From Betaproteobacteria bacterium (GTDB lineage Bacteria; Pseudomonadota; Gammaproteobacteria; Burkholderiales; Burkholderiaceae), in assembly GCA_037137465.1 (NCBI GenBank), contig JBAXKF010000002.1, positions 12,075-76,074 on the forward strand: DNA of 64,000 nt, written 5' to 3'. The position numbers and the translations under genes were made by a program. Positions within the stretch are counted from its first letter, which is position 1, and each line of letters opens with the position of its first letter. Positions 29,230-41,117 of this stretch are shown here, one piece after another. The notes under the pieces were generated by a model. The model was not told the origin of the DNA, did no database searches, and worked only from the letters and a program-made list of their open reading frames with translations.

Positions 29230-29256
29230 ACGCCATGGATAAAGTTTAATTAAAAA

Positions 29257-30864
29257 CTATTCCCACTCAATCGTTGCTGGAGGTTTTCCTGAAATATCAT
29301 AAACAACACGATTGATGCCACGTACTTCATTGATAATTCGATTTGATACTCTTCCGAGAAGTTCGTGAGGAAGATGAGCCCAATGGGCAGTCATAAAGTC
29401 TTGTGTTTGAACAGCACGCAATGCAACGACGTATTCATACGTTCGGCCATCACCCATCACGCCAACAGATTTAACTGGTAAGAAAACCGCAAAGGCTTGG
29501 CTAGTTAAGTCATACCACGACAGATTCGTTTGAGGGTCAATTGTTTTTCTGAGTTCATCAATAAAAATATCGTCAGCACGAGCAAGAAGTGCTGCAAATT
29601 CTTTCTTTACTTCACCTAGAATTCTGACAGCAAGACCTGGGCCTGGAAATGGATGGCGATATACCATTTCTTTAGGAAGACCTAACTCAATACCTAACCG
29701 TCTTACTTCGTCTTTAAACAACTCTCTTAAGGGCTCTAATAGTTTTAGGTGCATATCATCTGGCAAGCCACCAACATTATGGTGACTTTTGATGGTGTGA
29801 GCCCCCTTCTTTCCTTTACCTGCAGACTCTATAACGTCAGGGTATATGGTTCCTTGCGCAAGCCATTTCGCATTTTTAATTTTTGCGGACTCACTTTGAA
29901 ACACTTCAATAAATTCACGACCAATAATTTTTCTTTTCTGTTCAGGATCAGATACTCCTGAAAGTTGTGACATAAATTGTTCGATTGCGTCTACATGTAT
30001 TACTTTTACGCCTAAGTTACGACCAAACATATCCATGACCATCTTGGCTTCGTTTAGCCTTAGTAAACCATGATCCACAAATACACAAGTAAGTTGATTA
30101 CCTATTGCACGGTGGATTAATGCGGCAGCCACAGATGAATCAACCCCGCCTGATAAACCTAGTATGACTTCATCGGTGCCAACTTGCTGACGAATTTTTT
30201 GAATTGCTTCGTCAATGTAATTACCCATTTCCCAATCGGGGACACAAGCACAGATAGACTTAACAAATCTGTCCAAGATGGTGGTGCCTTGAAGAGTATG
30301 AGTTACTTCAGGGTGAAATTGCACGGCATAAAACTTCCTAAACTCATCTGCCATTCCAGCAATAGGACAAGAATCTGTAGACGCCATTAATTTAAAGCCA
30401 ACCGGCATTACCGTAACAGAATCACCATGACTCATCCAAACTTTGAGTATGCCGTGACCTTCGCTCGTTGTGAAATCAGCAATACCATCCAATAATTTCG
30501 TATGACCTCTTGCACGGACTTCTGCGTAACCAAATTCTCGAGATTTTCCTAAAGACTCAGCAGTCTTAACTTCACCTCCCAGTTGTTGCGCCATGGTTTG
30601 CATACCGTAACAAATACCAAGGACCGGAACACCTAGAGTAAAAACGTTATCAGGTGCTCTGGGCGTATCACCTTCAGTAACCGAACTCGGTCCACCGGAT
30701 AAGATGATGCCCTTAAAGCCCTCTTGCTTAATTTTTTTTTCTAGTTTGTGGGCATCGATATCATACGGAAAAATCTCTGCCAACACTTTGAGGTCACGCA
30801 CGCGACGGGCAATCAGTTGGGTTACTTGTGATCCAAAATCAAGAATTAATATTTTATCGTGCAC
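29257..30864 (-). CDS. guaA: GMP synthase (glutamine-hydrolysing)
   Basis: [34 protein letters not shown]. Confidence 0.98.
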   Translation of the reverse strand: MHDKILILDFGSQVTQLIARRVRDLKVLAEIFPYDIDAHKLEKKIKQEGFKGIILSGGPSSVTEGDTPRAPDNVFTLGVPVLGICYGMQTMAQQLGGEVKTAESLGKSREFGYAEVRARGHTKLLDGIADFTTSEGHGILKVWMSHGDSVTVMPVGFKLMASTDSCPIAGMADEFRKFYAVQFHPEVTHTLQGTTILDRFVKSICACVPDWEMGNYIDEAIQKIRQQVGTDEVILGLSGGVDSSVAAALIHRAIGNQLTCVFVDHGLLRLNEAKMVMDMFGRNLGVKVIHVDAIEQFMSQLSGVSDPEQKRKIIGREFIEVFQSESAKIKNAKWLAQGTIYPDVIESAGKGKKGAHTIKSHHNVGGLPDDMHLKLLEPLRELFKDEVRRLGIELGLPKEMVYRHPFPGPGLAVRILGEVKKEFAALLARADDIFIDELRKTIDPQTNLSWYDLTSQAFAVFLPVKSVGVMGDGRTYEYVVALRAVQTQDFMTAHWAHLPHELLGRVSNRIINEVRGINRVVYDISGKPPATIEWE

Positions 30865-30885
30865 GAATCAAACTTTGTATGTAAA

Positions 30886-32385
<1,500 letters not shown>

Positions 32386-32398
32386 TCAAGATACAACA

Positions 32399-32767
32399 TC
32401 ATAATTCCCTGAAATCTTTACGTTCTTTACGTATTTTGGCCTTTATTTTTAATTCCGTATCTTTATTCTGATTCGCTTTTTTACGTCTTATTTTTTTAGG
32501 ATCAATCAAAATAGGACGGTATAACTCAATCCGATCACCGTCATAAATTGTGTCATCCGGACCCAAAACAATGCTAAATACCCCAATACTGCCCTTTTTT
32601 AGGAAAATTGGGTCATCTTTACTAGTTACTATTTGCAAGTGCAATAAGGCCTCAAATACTGTCGGAGCGCTTATGGATGGGAGTGAAAGGGTAAAAAAGG
32701 TCTGTACGGGTGGATCAATTCGACCATCAAACAATTCAAGTTGAATATGTTTTATGTCATTCCCCAT
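32399..32767 (-). CDS. ratB: RnfH/RatB ubiquitin-like protein
   Basis: GVF......D..I.DGDRIELYRP..IDPK..RR; follows ratA. Confidence 0.82.
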   Translation of the reverse strand: MGNDIKHIQLELFDGRIDPPVQTFFTLSLPSISAPTVFEALLHLQIVTSKDDPIFLKKGSIGVFSIVLGPDDTIYDGDRIELYRPILIDPKKIRRKKANQNKDTELKIKAKIRKERKDFREL

Positions 32768-33191
32768 AAAGATCGTTCGCTCTTTTCACAAAACTGTTGA
32801 CGAACGTATTAGCAATTACGCTAAAGACAGGTCCGATGAGTTTATCAAGTATGAAATTTGAAAACTCATAATGTAGGGAAAACTCAATTTTGCAGGCTTC
32901 ATCCGACAACGGTGTGAAAATCCAATGACCTTCAAACTTTTTAAAAGGTCCTGATACAAAGGTCATATCAATGTTGGTAGGCGACTTTTGAATATTTTTA
33001 GTATGAAAATATTGCTTAACACCCTTAAAATTGATGTTTATCTTGGCTTCCATTAAGTCTGGTGTTGATTGAAAAACCTCAACTCCCCCACACCAGGGTA
33101 AAAATTCAGGGTATTTTTCTACGTCAGTAACTAAGTCAAACATTCGCTGCGCAGGATGTGTTATCAGTAGGGATTTGTGTACGTCTGCCAT
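32757..33191 (-). CDS. ratA: RatA/PasT (Coq10-like START-fold) protein
   Basis: MFDLVTDVEKYPEFLPWC, GPFK...G.W.F; divergent from smpB. Confidence 0.93.
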   Translation of the reverse strand: MADVHKSLLITHPAQRMFDLVTDVEKYPEFLPWCGGVEVFQSTPDLMEAKININFKGVKQYFHTKNIQKSPTNIDMTFVSGPFKKFEGHWIFTPLSDEACKIEFSLHYEFSNFILDKLIGPVFSVIANTFVNSFVKRANDLYGE

Positions 33192-33261
33192 AATTCTTCC
33201 AATTTCACTATATTATCAATGATTTAGGTAAATTACTCCAACTTTCTGTGTCAGAAGAAAA

Positions 33262-33267
33262 TATAAT
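33262..33267 (+). promoter_or_regulatory. -10 hexamer TATAAT, 6 nt before the smpB ATG (candidate leaderless transcript)
   Basis: aTATAATcaccatATG; no SD. Confidence 0.55.
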
Positions 33268-33273
33268 CACCAT

Positions 33274-33723
33274 ATGAGCATTGTTGAAAATAAAAAAGCA
33301 TTTTTTGATTACTTTATCGAAGACCGTATCGAGGCGGGGCTCGTTCTTGAGGGGTGGGAAGTCAAAGCGATTCGGGCTGGTAGAGGCAATATTAAGGAAG
33401 CTTATGTTGTGATTCGGCAAGCAGAGCTTTATCTCATTGGTTGTCATATCAGCCCTTTGCCGGCAGCATCTACACATATCAACCCAGATCCTACAAGAAC
33501 ACGCAAGTTACTAATGCATTCTGAGCAAATCAATAAATGGATTGGAAAAGCTGAACAAAAAGGCTATACCCTCGTGCCCTTGAACCTGCATTATGCAAAA
33601 GGTCGCATTAAGTGCGAGATTGGTTTAGCTAAAGGGAAAAAGCAATTTGATAAACGAGAAACCGAGAAGGAAAGAGATTGGGTTCGGGAAAAAGCACAAA
33701 TTAGCCGAGGAAAATACGGTTAA
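33274..33723 (+). CDS. smpB: SsrA-binding protein
   Basis: [35 protein letters not shown]. Confidence 0.97.
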   Translation: MSIVENKKAFFDYFIEDRIEAGLVLEGWEVKAIRAGRGNIKEAYVVIRQAELYLIGCHISPLPAASTHINPDPTRTRKLLMHSEQINKWIGKAEQKGYTLVPLNLHYAKGRIKCEIGLAKGKKQFDKRETEKERDWVREKAQISRGKYG

Positions 33724-33729
33724 TTAAAC

Positions 33730-33746
33730 TGCACCATAGCAGTGCA
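33730..33746. promoter_or_regulatory. NtrC-like binding site upstream of the Anbu operon
   Basis: TGCACCATAGCAGTGCA versus consensus TGCACCA-N3-TGGTGCA (12/14 specified positions). Confidence 0.65.
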
Positions 33747-33805
33747 TATTTGTCTAAAAAGGTTCTTACAAGCATTGATTCGTAACAAGAAAGGGTTATC
33801 TTGTA

Positions 33806-35221
33806 ATGATGACAAAACCTTACGATGAAATGTTCGATGAGCAAGGGCAAGCTCGAGCACATTACCGAGAATTTAATGATTGGCTCTCTCGCCAAAGCGA
33901 TAGTCATATCGCTTATAAGCGGGCCGAAGCTGAATTAATCTTCCGTCGTATTGGAATTACTTTTGCTGTATATGGTGATGAAAAAGGGACTGAACGTACA
34001 ATTCCTTTTGATCAAGTTCCACGAATTATTCCGGCAAAAGAATGGATGGTTCTGGAAGATGGTTTAAAACAACGCGTTAAAGCGCTGAATATGTTTTTGC
34101 ATGATATTTATCATGATGAAAAAATTCTCAAAGCAGGACTGATTCCTAAAGAGCAAATATTTAATAATTTGCAATATCGCCCTGAAATGCGATTTGTAGA
34201 TGTTCCTAGAAATATTTATGCTCATATCGCTGGCATTGATATTATCCGTGCAGGAGCTGGTGAGTATTATGTTTTAGAAGATAATTTACGTGTACCCTCC
34301 GGCGTATCTTATATGGTAGAAAATCGCAAAATGATGATGCGGTTATTCCCAGACTTATTTGAGAAACATCGAATCGCCCCCGTTGAGCACTATCCAGATT
34401 TGTTGTTACAGTGTTTAAAAACAGCAGTTCATTCTTCTGCTAAAAAACTTAATGTCGTCGTTTTAACTCCCGGGATGTTTAATTCCGCATACTTCGAACA
34501 CTCTTATCTGGCTCAGCAAATGGGTGTAGAACTTGTAGAGGGCAAGGATTTATTTGTCAAAAATGAACAAGTATTTATGCGAACTACCCAGGGCCCTCAA
34601 GTAGTGGATGTTATTTATCGGCGTATTGATGATGATTTTCTTGATCCTTTAGCTCTTCGTCCAGATTCAACGCTAGGTATTCCTGGCATATTGAATGCTT
34701 ATCGAGCAGGTAATGTTGGAATTTCTAATGCTATTGGAACTGGTATTGCGGATGACAAGTCTATTTATCCCTATGTACCCGATATGATTAAGTTTTATTT
34801 GAACGAAAAACCAATCTTACAAAATGTTCCCACTTTTCAGTGTCGCAAAAAAGAGGATTTGCAATATACTCTGGCGCACTTAAACGAGTTGGTCGTCAAA
34901 GAAACTCATGGTGCTGGAGGGTACGGGATGTTAATAGGTCCCTTAGCTACAGTTGCTGAGTTAGATAATTTTAGAAAGTATTTAATTGATCATCCAGATA
35001 AGTACATTGCTCAACCAACCCTTGCCTTATCAACTTGCCCTACTTTTGTTGAAGCAGGCATTGCACCAAGACATATTGATTTACGCCCTCTTGTTCTTTC
35101 AGGCAAGCAAATTACGATGGTTCAAGGAGGTCTAACTCGAGTCGCTTTAAAAGAAGGCTCTTTAGTCGTGAACTCTTCACAAGGTGGTGGCACTAAAGAT
35201 ACTTGGGTATTGGAGTCTTAA
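33806..35221 (+). CDS. Circularly permuted ATP-grasp type 2 protein
   Basis: GITFAVYG...ERTIPFD, VLEDNLRVPSGVSY, VIYRRIDD, N..GTGIADDK, VNSSQGGGTKDTWV. Confidence 0.93.
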   Translation: MMTKPYDEMFDEQGQARAHYREFNDWLSRQSDSHIAYKRAEAELIFRRIGITFAVYGDEKGTERTIPFDQVPRIIPAKEWMVLEDGLKQRVKALNMFLHDIYHDEKILKAGLIPKEQIFNNLQYRPEMRFVDVPRNIYAHIAGIDIIRAGAGEYYVLEDNLRVPSGVSYMVENRKMMMRLFPDLFEKHRIAPVEHYPDLLLQCLKTAVHSSAKKLNVVVLTPGMFNSAYFEHSYLAQQMGVELVEGKDLFVKNEQVFMRTTQGPQVVDVIYRRIDDDFLDPLALRPDSTLGIPGILNAYRAGNVGISNAIGTGIADDKSIYPYVPDMIKFYLNEKPILQNVPTFQCRKKEDLQYTLAHLNELVVKETHGAGGYGMLIGPLATVAELDNFRKYLIDHPDKYIAQPTLALSTCPTFVEAGIAPRHIDLRPLVLSGKQITMVQGGLTRVALKEGSLVVNSSQGGGTKDTWVLES

Positions 35222-36201
35222 TGCTGAGTAGAACCGCTGACTGCCTCTATTGGATGGCTCGTTATACAGAGCGTGCTGAGAATACTGCTCGCATGTTAGA
35301 TGTTGCTTACCAAACTTCTTTAATGCCTCAACCTAACGATTTTATGCAAGAAAGTTGGCGTAAGCTTTTGAATGTTTCTCTTTTAGAAAAACTATTTGAA
35401 AGTAAATATGTGGAGTACAACAGAGAAAACATACTTCAATTTATGATTTTTGATGATGATAATCCTTCTAGTATTGTTTGTTGTTTCAATGCGGCTCGTG
35501 TCAATGCAAGGATTATTAGGGGAAAAATCCCCTCTGAAGTTTGGGAAACACAAAATTTAAATTGGCTTAATATAAATAAGTTTCTTCCAGAAAGCCCATC
35601 CCATGATCCCTCGGCTTTTTTTGAGTGGGTAAAGTATCGTTGTCATTTATTCAGAGGTGTTGTTTTTGGAACCATGCTATCTAATGAAGCCCTACACTTT
35701 ATGGAGTTCGGAACCTATCTTGAGCGGGCTGATAATACGGCAAGAATCCTAAAAGCGAAATATCGCTCTTCGAATGATCAACATCAACAACAAATTAACC
35801 AAGCCAGTCTTTTTAAAATCGAAAATACGTCTGAAACTTTTGATTTTTATCATTGGGTATCCTTGTTAAGATCCGTATCTGCTTTTGAGATCTTCCGTCA
35901 AACCTATTCTGACCAAATTACCCCTGAGCGAATAGTTGACTTATTGGTTTTTAATAATCAACTTCCAAGGTCACTTACCAAATGTGTTGATCAACTCCTT
36001 TTGTTAATTACGTTATTAAAAAATAATAAGTCTAAAGAGATCGAAAGATTAATTGGTAAATTAAAGTCTGAGCTTGATTACTCAACAATTGATGACATTC
36101 ACAAGGATGGCTTGGATCAATTTATCCAACGGTTTTTAGAAAAAATTAATCATATTGCTGATGAGTTTAGTAGTATTTATTTAATCCCTTTGTCGGCTTA
36201 A
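35221..36201 (+). CDS. Alpha-E domain protein
   Basis: MLSRTAD.LYWMARYTERAEN and a second LERADNTAR repeat; TAATG coupling to the upstream gene. Confidence 0.93.
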   Translation: MLSRTADCLYWMARYTERAENTARMLDVAYQTSLMPQPNDFMQESWRKLLNVSLLEKLFESKYVEYNRENILQFMIFDDDNPSSIVCCFNAARVNARIIRGKIPSEVWETQNLNWLNINKFLPESPSHDPSAFFEWVKYRCHLFRGVVFGTMLSNEALHFMEFGTYLERADNTARILKAKYRSSNDQHQQQINQASLFKIENTSETFDFYHWVSLLRSVSAFEIFRQTYSDQITPERIVDLLVFNNQLPRSLTKCVDQLLLLITLLKNNKSKEIERLIGKLKSELDYSTIDDIHKDGLDQFIQRFLEKINHIADEFSSIYLIPLSA

Positions 36202-36205
36202 TCAT

Positions 36206-37000
36206 ATGAGATTAAAAATTACGCACCGTACTGAATACCTTTATGAACGCTTTGTTCATCATTCCATCCAAGAACTTCGCTTAACGCCACAAGATACTAA
36301 CAATCAACTCTTGGATCATTGGAAAATAACTGCCCCTAGTAAGATGACGGAATCAATCGATGCTTTTGGGAATGTGTGCCATGTTTTTGTTTTAGATAAT
36401 AACTATTCTGGAATGCTCATTGAAGCTCGCGGTGAAGTCTTTACAAAAGACCAGTATGTTTTTTCTGATCCTAAAGACGCGGTTTCACCGCTTTGCTTAT
36501 TACAACAAACCACGCTTACTGAACCGTCAGCTGAGATGATCCATAATTTTTCTACCTATATAGATAAGGATTTGACACCAGAGGATATGTTGAAAATAGG
36601 TATTCAAATTCAAAATGTAATTTCCTACGAGCAAGGTGCAACGAATACAAAAACCACAGCCGCAGATGCCTGGGAATTAAAAAAAGGTGTTTGCCAAGAT
36701 CAAGCCCACGTAATGTTAGGTCTATGTCGTTACTTGAAAATTCCTGCGAGATATGTAAGTGGCTTTTTTTATGCGGAAAATATGCCAAACCTCGCAAGTC
36801 ATGCCTGGGTAGATGTTTGTTTAGACTCTGATAATGCTATTTGGCATAGTATTGATATCACCAACGGCTGTTTCAGTAATGAGCATCATATTCGTTTAGC
36901 TATCGGCCGTGACTATGCTCACGTAGCTCCAGTCAAGGGAATTCGTTCTGGTGGTGGTGCTGAGGAGTTAATTACAAAAATCACTATAGAAAAGTGTTAA
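36206..37000 (+). CDS. Transglutaminase-like protein
   Basis: Triad GVCQD.AH (Cys), SHAW (His), DITN (Asp); GRDY...PV.G. Confidence 0.92.
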   Translation: MRLKITHRTEYLYERFVHHSIQELRLTPQDTNNQLLDHWKITAPSKMTESIDAFGNVCHVFVLDNNYSGMLIEARGEVFTKDQYVFSDPKDAVSPLCLLQQTTLTEPSAEMIHNFSTYIDKDLTPEDMLKIGIQIQNVISYEQGATNTKTTAADAWELKKGVCQDQAHVMLGLCRYLKIPARYVSGFFYAENMPNLASHAWVDVCLDSDNAIWHSIDITNGCFSNEHHIRLAIGRDYAHVAPVKGIRSGGGAEELITKITIEKC

Positions 37001-37032
37001 ATTGATACTGTTCAAACTTAATTAATTGATAA

Positions 37033-37833
37033 ATGACTTACTGTGTTGCTATTTGTTTAAAAGAAGGCCTTGTTTTTCTTTCCGATACCCGAACCAATGC
37101 TGGTGTGGATGATATTGGTACCTTTCGTAAAATGACCATTTATCAAGAAGGTCATGATCGTATTTTCACCTTATTAAGCGCCGGAAATCTAGCAATTACT
37201 CAATCTGTTAAAGAAATGCTGAGTCATGACATGACTTTTGAGGGTGTCAACCTTTGGAACGCAATGAGTACCTATGATGCTGCTGTAGTTGTAGGAATGG
37301 CTATTCGAAAAGTTAAAGAACGGGATGAAAAAGCCCTTGCTAATGCGGGTATTGAATTTAATTGTAGTTTTATTTTTGGTGGCCAAGTGGCTGGTGAGAA
37401 GCCTCGTTTATTCAATATTTACTCTGCAGGGAATTTTGTAGAGTCAACCCTTGAGACGTGCTACTTTCAGATAGGTGAGGCTAAATACGGCAAACCTATT
37501 CTAGATCGGGTCATTAATTACAATACTTCTCTTGATTTGGCAACGAAATCTGCTTTGATCTCGATGGACTCGACTTTGAAAAGTAATATCTCAGTTGGTC
37601 TGCCGCTTGATCTATTTGTGTACACAATCAATTCTTTTACTAAAGATAAAGCAATAACAATCGATGAGGCTAATCCTTATTTTGCAATGATTCGTAACCT
37701 TTGGGGTCAAAAATTAACTGAAATCGTGATGTCGATTCAAGAACCAAATTGGGACAACAACCCTGAGTTATTGCCTATTGTGACCGCCCCTCAACGACTA
37801 GGCCCAATTCCTTTGGTAAAGAATGAGGCCTAA
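37033..37833 (+). CDS. anbu: Anbu proteasome-type Ntn protease
   Basis: MTYCV (Thr1 nucleophile), SDTRTNAGVD, AGNLA.TQ, QIGE.KYGKPILDR, DSTLKSNISVG.P. Confidence 0.9.
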   Translation: MTYCVAICLKEGLVFLSDTRTNAGVDDIGTFRKMTIYQEGHDRIFTLLSAGNLAITQSVKEMLSHDMTFEGVNLWNAMSTYDAAVVVGMAIRKVKERDEKALANAGIEFNCSFIFGGQVAGEKPRLFNIYSAGNFVESTLETCYFQIGEAKYGKPILDRVINYNTSLDLATKSALISMDSTLKSNISVGLPLDLFVYTINSFTKDKAITIDEANPYFAMIRNLWGQKLTEIVMSIQEPNWDNNPELLPIVTAPQRLGPIPLVKNEA

Positions 37834-37845
37834 TCATCGAGCAGT

Positions 37846-40227
37846 TTAGACTTTGGCTAAATCTTCCCAAGTTTTGATGACTGTGTCTGGATTTAAGGAT
37901 ATCGATGTGATTCCTTTTGCCATTAGCCACCTTGCAAAATCGGGGTGATCTGAAGGGCCTTGACCGCAAATGCCGATGTATTTCCCTTTACTCAGGCATG
38001 CGTTAATTGCTTTTTCGATGAGATACAAAATTGCTGGATCTCGTTCATCAAAATCAATAGCTAATAACTCCATCCCTGAATCACGATCTAACCCTAAGGT
38101 AAGCTGCGTCAAATCATTTGACCCGATTGAAAAACCGTCAAAATGCTCTAAAAACTCTTCTGCCAAAATTGCATTGGAAGGAATTTCACACATCATCACA
38201 ATTTTTAAATCATCCTGTCCACGTTTAAGTCCATTTGCTGCTAATAATTGAATCACCTTTTCTGCTTGTTTGACTGTTCTAACAAATGGAATCATGATTT
38301 CAACATTCGATAGGCCCATATCATTTCGTACTCGTTTGATCGCGGTACATTCCATTTCAAAGGCTTTTGCAAAATCGGCTGATAGATAGCGGGAAGCTCC
38401 TCTAAAACCAAGCATCGGATTTTCTTCATCAGGTTCATACCGCGAACCTCCAATCAGTTTTTTATACTCATTGGATTTAAAGTCTGATAATCTGACAATC
38501 ACAGGTTTTGGAAAGAATGCAGCTGCAATGGTTGCTATTCCTTCAGCTAATTTATCAACATAAAATGCCTGTGGGCTAGCATGCCCTCTAGCAACACTCT
38601 CTACTGCTGTTTTTAAATCAGAATCAACATTAGGGTATTGCAAAATTGCGCTTGGGTGAACGCCAATATTGTTGTTAATGATAAATTCAAGGCGCGCTAA
38701 GCCAACTCCTTGATTTGGTATTTGACAAAAATTGAATGCCAACTGTGGATTGCCCACATTCATCATAATTTTGACGGGGATTTGCGGTAAGACGCCACGA
38801 TGCACTTCACTCACTTCTGTTTCTATGAGGCCGTCATAAATTTTTCCTTCATCACCTTCCGCGCAAGATACCGTAACCATGGCTCCTTCTTTGAGGACTT
38901 CAGTAGCATCTCCACAACCAACTACCGCAGGAACGCCAAGTTCTCTTGCAATAATAGCTGCATGGCAAGTTCTTCCACCTCGATTAGTAACAATTGCAGA
39001 AGCTCTCTTCATCACCGGTTCCCAATTTGGGTCTGTCATGTCTGCAACTAATACATCTCCAGGTTGAACACGGTCCATTTCTGATGGGTCGTGAATGATT
39101 CTGACAGGGCCAGCACCAATCTTCTGACCAATAGCCCTTCCGTGGGTTAAGACGGTTGAATTACCTTTAAGCTGGTATTTGAGTTCAACTTTATTACCAG
39201 ATTGACTTCTAACGGTCTCCGGTCTTGCTTGCAAGATATAAATTTTCCCGTCTACACCATCTTTACCCCATTCAATATCCATAGGTCTTTGATAATGCTC
39301 TTCAATGATGAGCGCGTATTTCGCTAATTCAATAACATCATCATCATTTAATGAGTAACGATTTCTAGATTCAAGTGGCACATCAACTGTTTTTACTCGC
39401 CCTTCTTCACCGGATTGCGTAAACCTCATTTGAACCAACTTAGAACCTAAGTTGCGACGAATGATTGGAAATTTACCATTACGTAACGATGGCTTGAATA
39501 CGTAATATTCATCAGGGTTCACCGCACCTTGTACAACTGTTTCACCTAAACCATAACTAGAAGTAATAAAAATAGCATCGTTAAAACCAGATTCGGTATC
39601 TAGAGTGAACATGACGCCAGATGATGCTTTATCTGATCGAACCATTTTTTGAATACCTGCAGATAATGCGACTTCCGCGTGTAAAAAGCCCTTATGGACA
39701 CGATAAGATATTGCTCTGTCGTTATAGAGTGAGGCAAATACCTCTTTAATGCGGATTAATACATCCTCTATGCCAACGACATTCAAATAACTTTCTTGCT
39801 GTCCAGCAAACGATGCATCAGGAAGATCTTCAGCAGTTGCAGAAGACCTTACGGCAAATGAGCCATTTCCATCTGCATCTAACTTGGAAAATGCGGCTCT
39901 TATCTCAGTTTCAAGGCGCTCTTGCAGGGGTACCTGAACTATCCAGCTTCTGATATCTTGCCCTGCTGCTGCTAAAGCCTTCACATCATCGGTGTTTAGG
40001 CCGACTAAGCGATCAATGATTTTTTGCGTTAATTGATGATGATCTAAAAAGTCACGAAAAGCCAATGCCGTAGTGGCAAATCCAGTTGGTACTCGAACTC
40101 CTTTAGAATGAAGCTGTGAAATCATTTCTCCTAAGGATGAATTTTTGCCGCCGACGATTTCAACGTCAGCCATGCGAAGCTCCTCAAAAGGAATGACATA
40201 TGTATTTTGATGTGACACTGTAGACAT
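37846..40227 (-). CDS. ppsA: Phosphoenolpyruvate synthase
   Basis: [46 protein letters not shown]. Confidence 0.98.
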   Translation of the reverse strand: MSTVSHQNTYVIPFEELRMADVEIVGGKNSSLGEMISQLHSKGVRVPTGFATTALAFRDFLDHHQLTQKIIDRLVGLNTDDVKALAAAGQDIRSWIVQVPLQERLETEIRAAFSKLDADGNGSFAVRSSATAEDLPDASFAGQQESYLNVVGIEDVLIRIKEVFASLYNDRAISYRVHKGFLHAEVALSAGIQKMVRSDKASSGVMFTLDTESGFNDAIFITSSYGLGETVVQGAVNPDEYYVFKPSLRNGKFPIIRRNLGSKLVQMRFTQSGEEGRVKTVDVPLESRNRYSLNDDDVIELAKYALIIEEHYQRPMDIEWGKDGVDGKIYILQARPETVRSQSGNKVELKYQLKGNSTVLTHGRAIGQKIGAGPVRIIHDPSEMDRVQPGDVLVADMTDPNWEPVMKRASAIVTNRGGRTCHAAIIARELGVPAVVGCGDATEVLKEGAMVTVSCAEGDEGKIYDGLIETEVSEVHRGVLPQIPVKIMMNVGNPQLAFNFCQIPNQGVGLARLEFIINNNIGVHPSAILQYPNVDSDLKTAVESVARGHASPQAFYVDKLAEGIATIAAAFFPKPVIVRLSDFKSNEYKKLIGGSRYEPDEENPMLGFRGASRYLSADFAKAFEMECTAIKRVRNDMGLSNVEIMIPFVRTVKQAEKVIQLLAANGLKRGQDDLKIVMMCEIPSNAILAEEFLEHFDGFSIGSNDLTQLTLGLDRDSGMELLAIDFDERDPAILYLIEKAINACLSKGKYIGICGQGPSDHPDFARWLMAKGITSISLNPDTVIKTWEDLAKV

Positions 40228-40292
40228 AAATACTCTCTAGTAATTGGAAATCTTGACTTGTTAATTATTTAATTTTATCAGCCTAAATCTAT

Positions 40293-41117
40293 ATGTCGAA
40301 TAAACCGCGCACTGTTTTTATCGTTTCAGATGGTACTGGAATCACCGCTGAAACCTTTAGCCACTCAATTTTGGCTCAATTTGAAACAAACTTTAAACAA
40401 ATCCGCTTACCTTTTGTCAATACAATTGATAAAGCACATCAAGCATTATCAGAAATTAATCAAAATGCGACTAAATTTGGAGAAAAACCAATTGTTTTTA
40501 CCACTTTAGTCAATCCTGAAATTAATGAACTTATTAACTCTTCGCAAGCTATGGTACTTGATATGTTCCATACCTTTGTTGCACCTCTGGAAATTGAACT
40601 TAAGCTAAAGTCGACTCATGCTATGGGTAGGTTTCATCAAAATATTGAAACGGAAAGTTATAAAAATAGAATCGAAGCTATCAACTTCTCCCTCGCTCAT
40701 GACGATGGTCAATCCCATAAAAACCTCGAGGAAGCAGATGTTATTTTGGTTGGTGTTTCTAGGAGTGGTAAAACTCCAACTTGTTTATATTTAGCTATGC
40801 AATATGGCATCAAATCTGCAAACTATCCCTTGATTCCTGATGATTTTGAACGTGGTGAACTACCTTCAGAACTGCATAAATACTTCCCTAAACTTTTTGG
40901 CTTGACCATCGAAGCGCAAAGGCTTTCTCAAATTCGGAATGAGCGTAGACCTGGAAGTAAATATGCCGCATTGGAAAATTGTCGCTATGAAATCAATGAG
41001 GCACAAGCAATGATGGAGAGGCATAGTATTCCTTGGCTTTCATCAACACATAAATCTATTGAAGAAATAGCAACCACCATATTGCAAATAATCAAGTCGG
41101 ATAAATCTATTTATTAA
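40293..41117 (+). CDS. ppsR: PEP synthase regulatory protein (kinase/pyrophosphorylase)
   Basis: SDGTGITAE, HDDG, GVSRSGKTPT; divergent from ppsA. Confidence 0.95.
   Translation: MSNKPRTVFIVSDGTGITAETFSHSILAQFETNFKQIRLPFVNTIDKAHQALSEINQNATKFGEKPIVFTTLVNPEINELINSSQAMVLDMFHTFVAPLEIELKLKSTHAMGRFHQNIETESYKNRIEAINFSLAHDDGQSHKNLEEADVILVGVSRSGKTPTCLYLAMQYGIKSANYPLIPDDFERGELPSELHKYFPKLFGLTIEAQRLSQIRNERRPGSKYAALENCRYEINEAQAMMERHSIPWLSSTHKSIEEIATTILQIIKSDKSIY

Larger units (their letters stand above)
27183..29256. mobile_element. Putative relic genomic islet integrated at guaA (no integrase left)
   Basis: Bounded by the two guaA-end copies; carries a radical SAM gene and a pseudogene relic. Confidence 0.5.

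Noticed and set aside
23437-29256. Integrase, transposase or phage genes to accompany the att-like repeat
   Set aside because: No tyrosine or serine recombinase, DDE or phage-like ORF in any frame of the track, so the element is called a relic only.
32399-33191. ratA-ratB as a toxin-antitoxin system
   Set aside because: This is a conserved core locus opposite smpB. RatA/PasT is a Coq10-like respiratory protein, so it is not evidence of accessory DNA.
33761-33773. Possible sigma54 promoter (GG...GC) after the NtrC box
   Set aside because: The spacing is GG-N9-GC instead of the required N10, and the TGGCAC/TTGC context is absent.
33724-33805. tmRNA (ssrA) downstream of smpB
   Set aside because: The spacer is only 82 bp, with no GGGG...CCACCA tRNA-like ends or tag reading frame.
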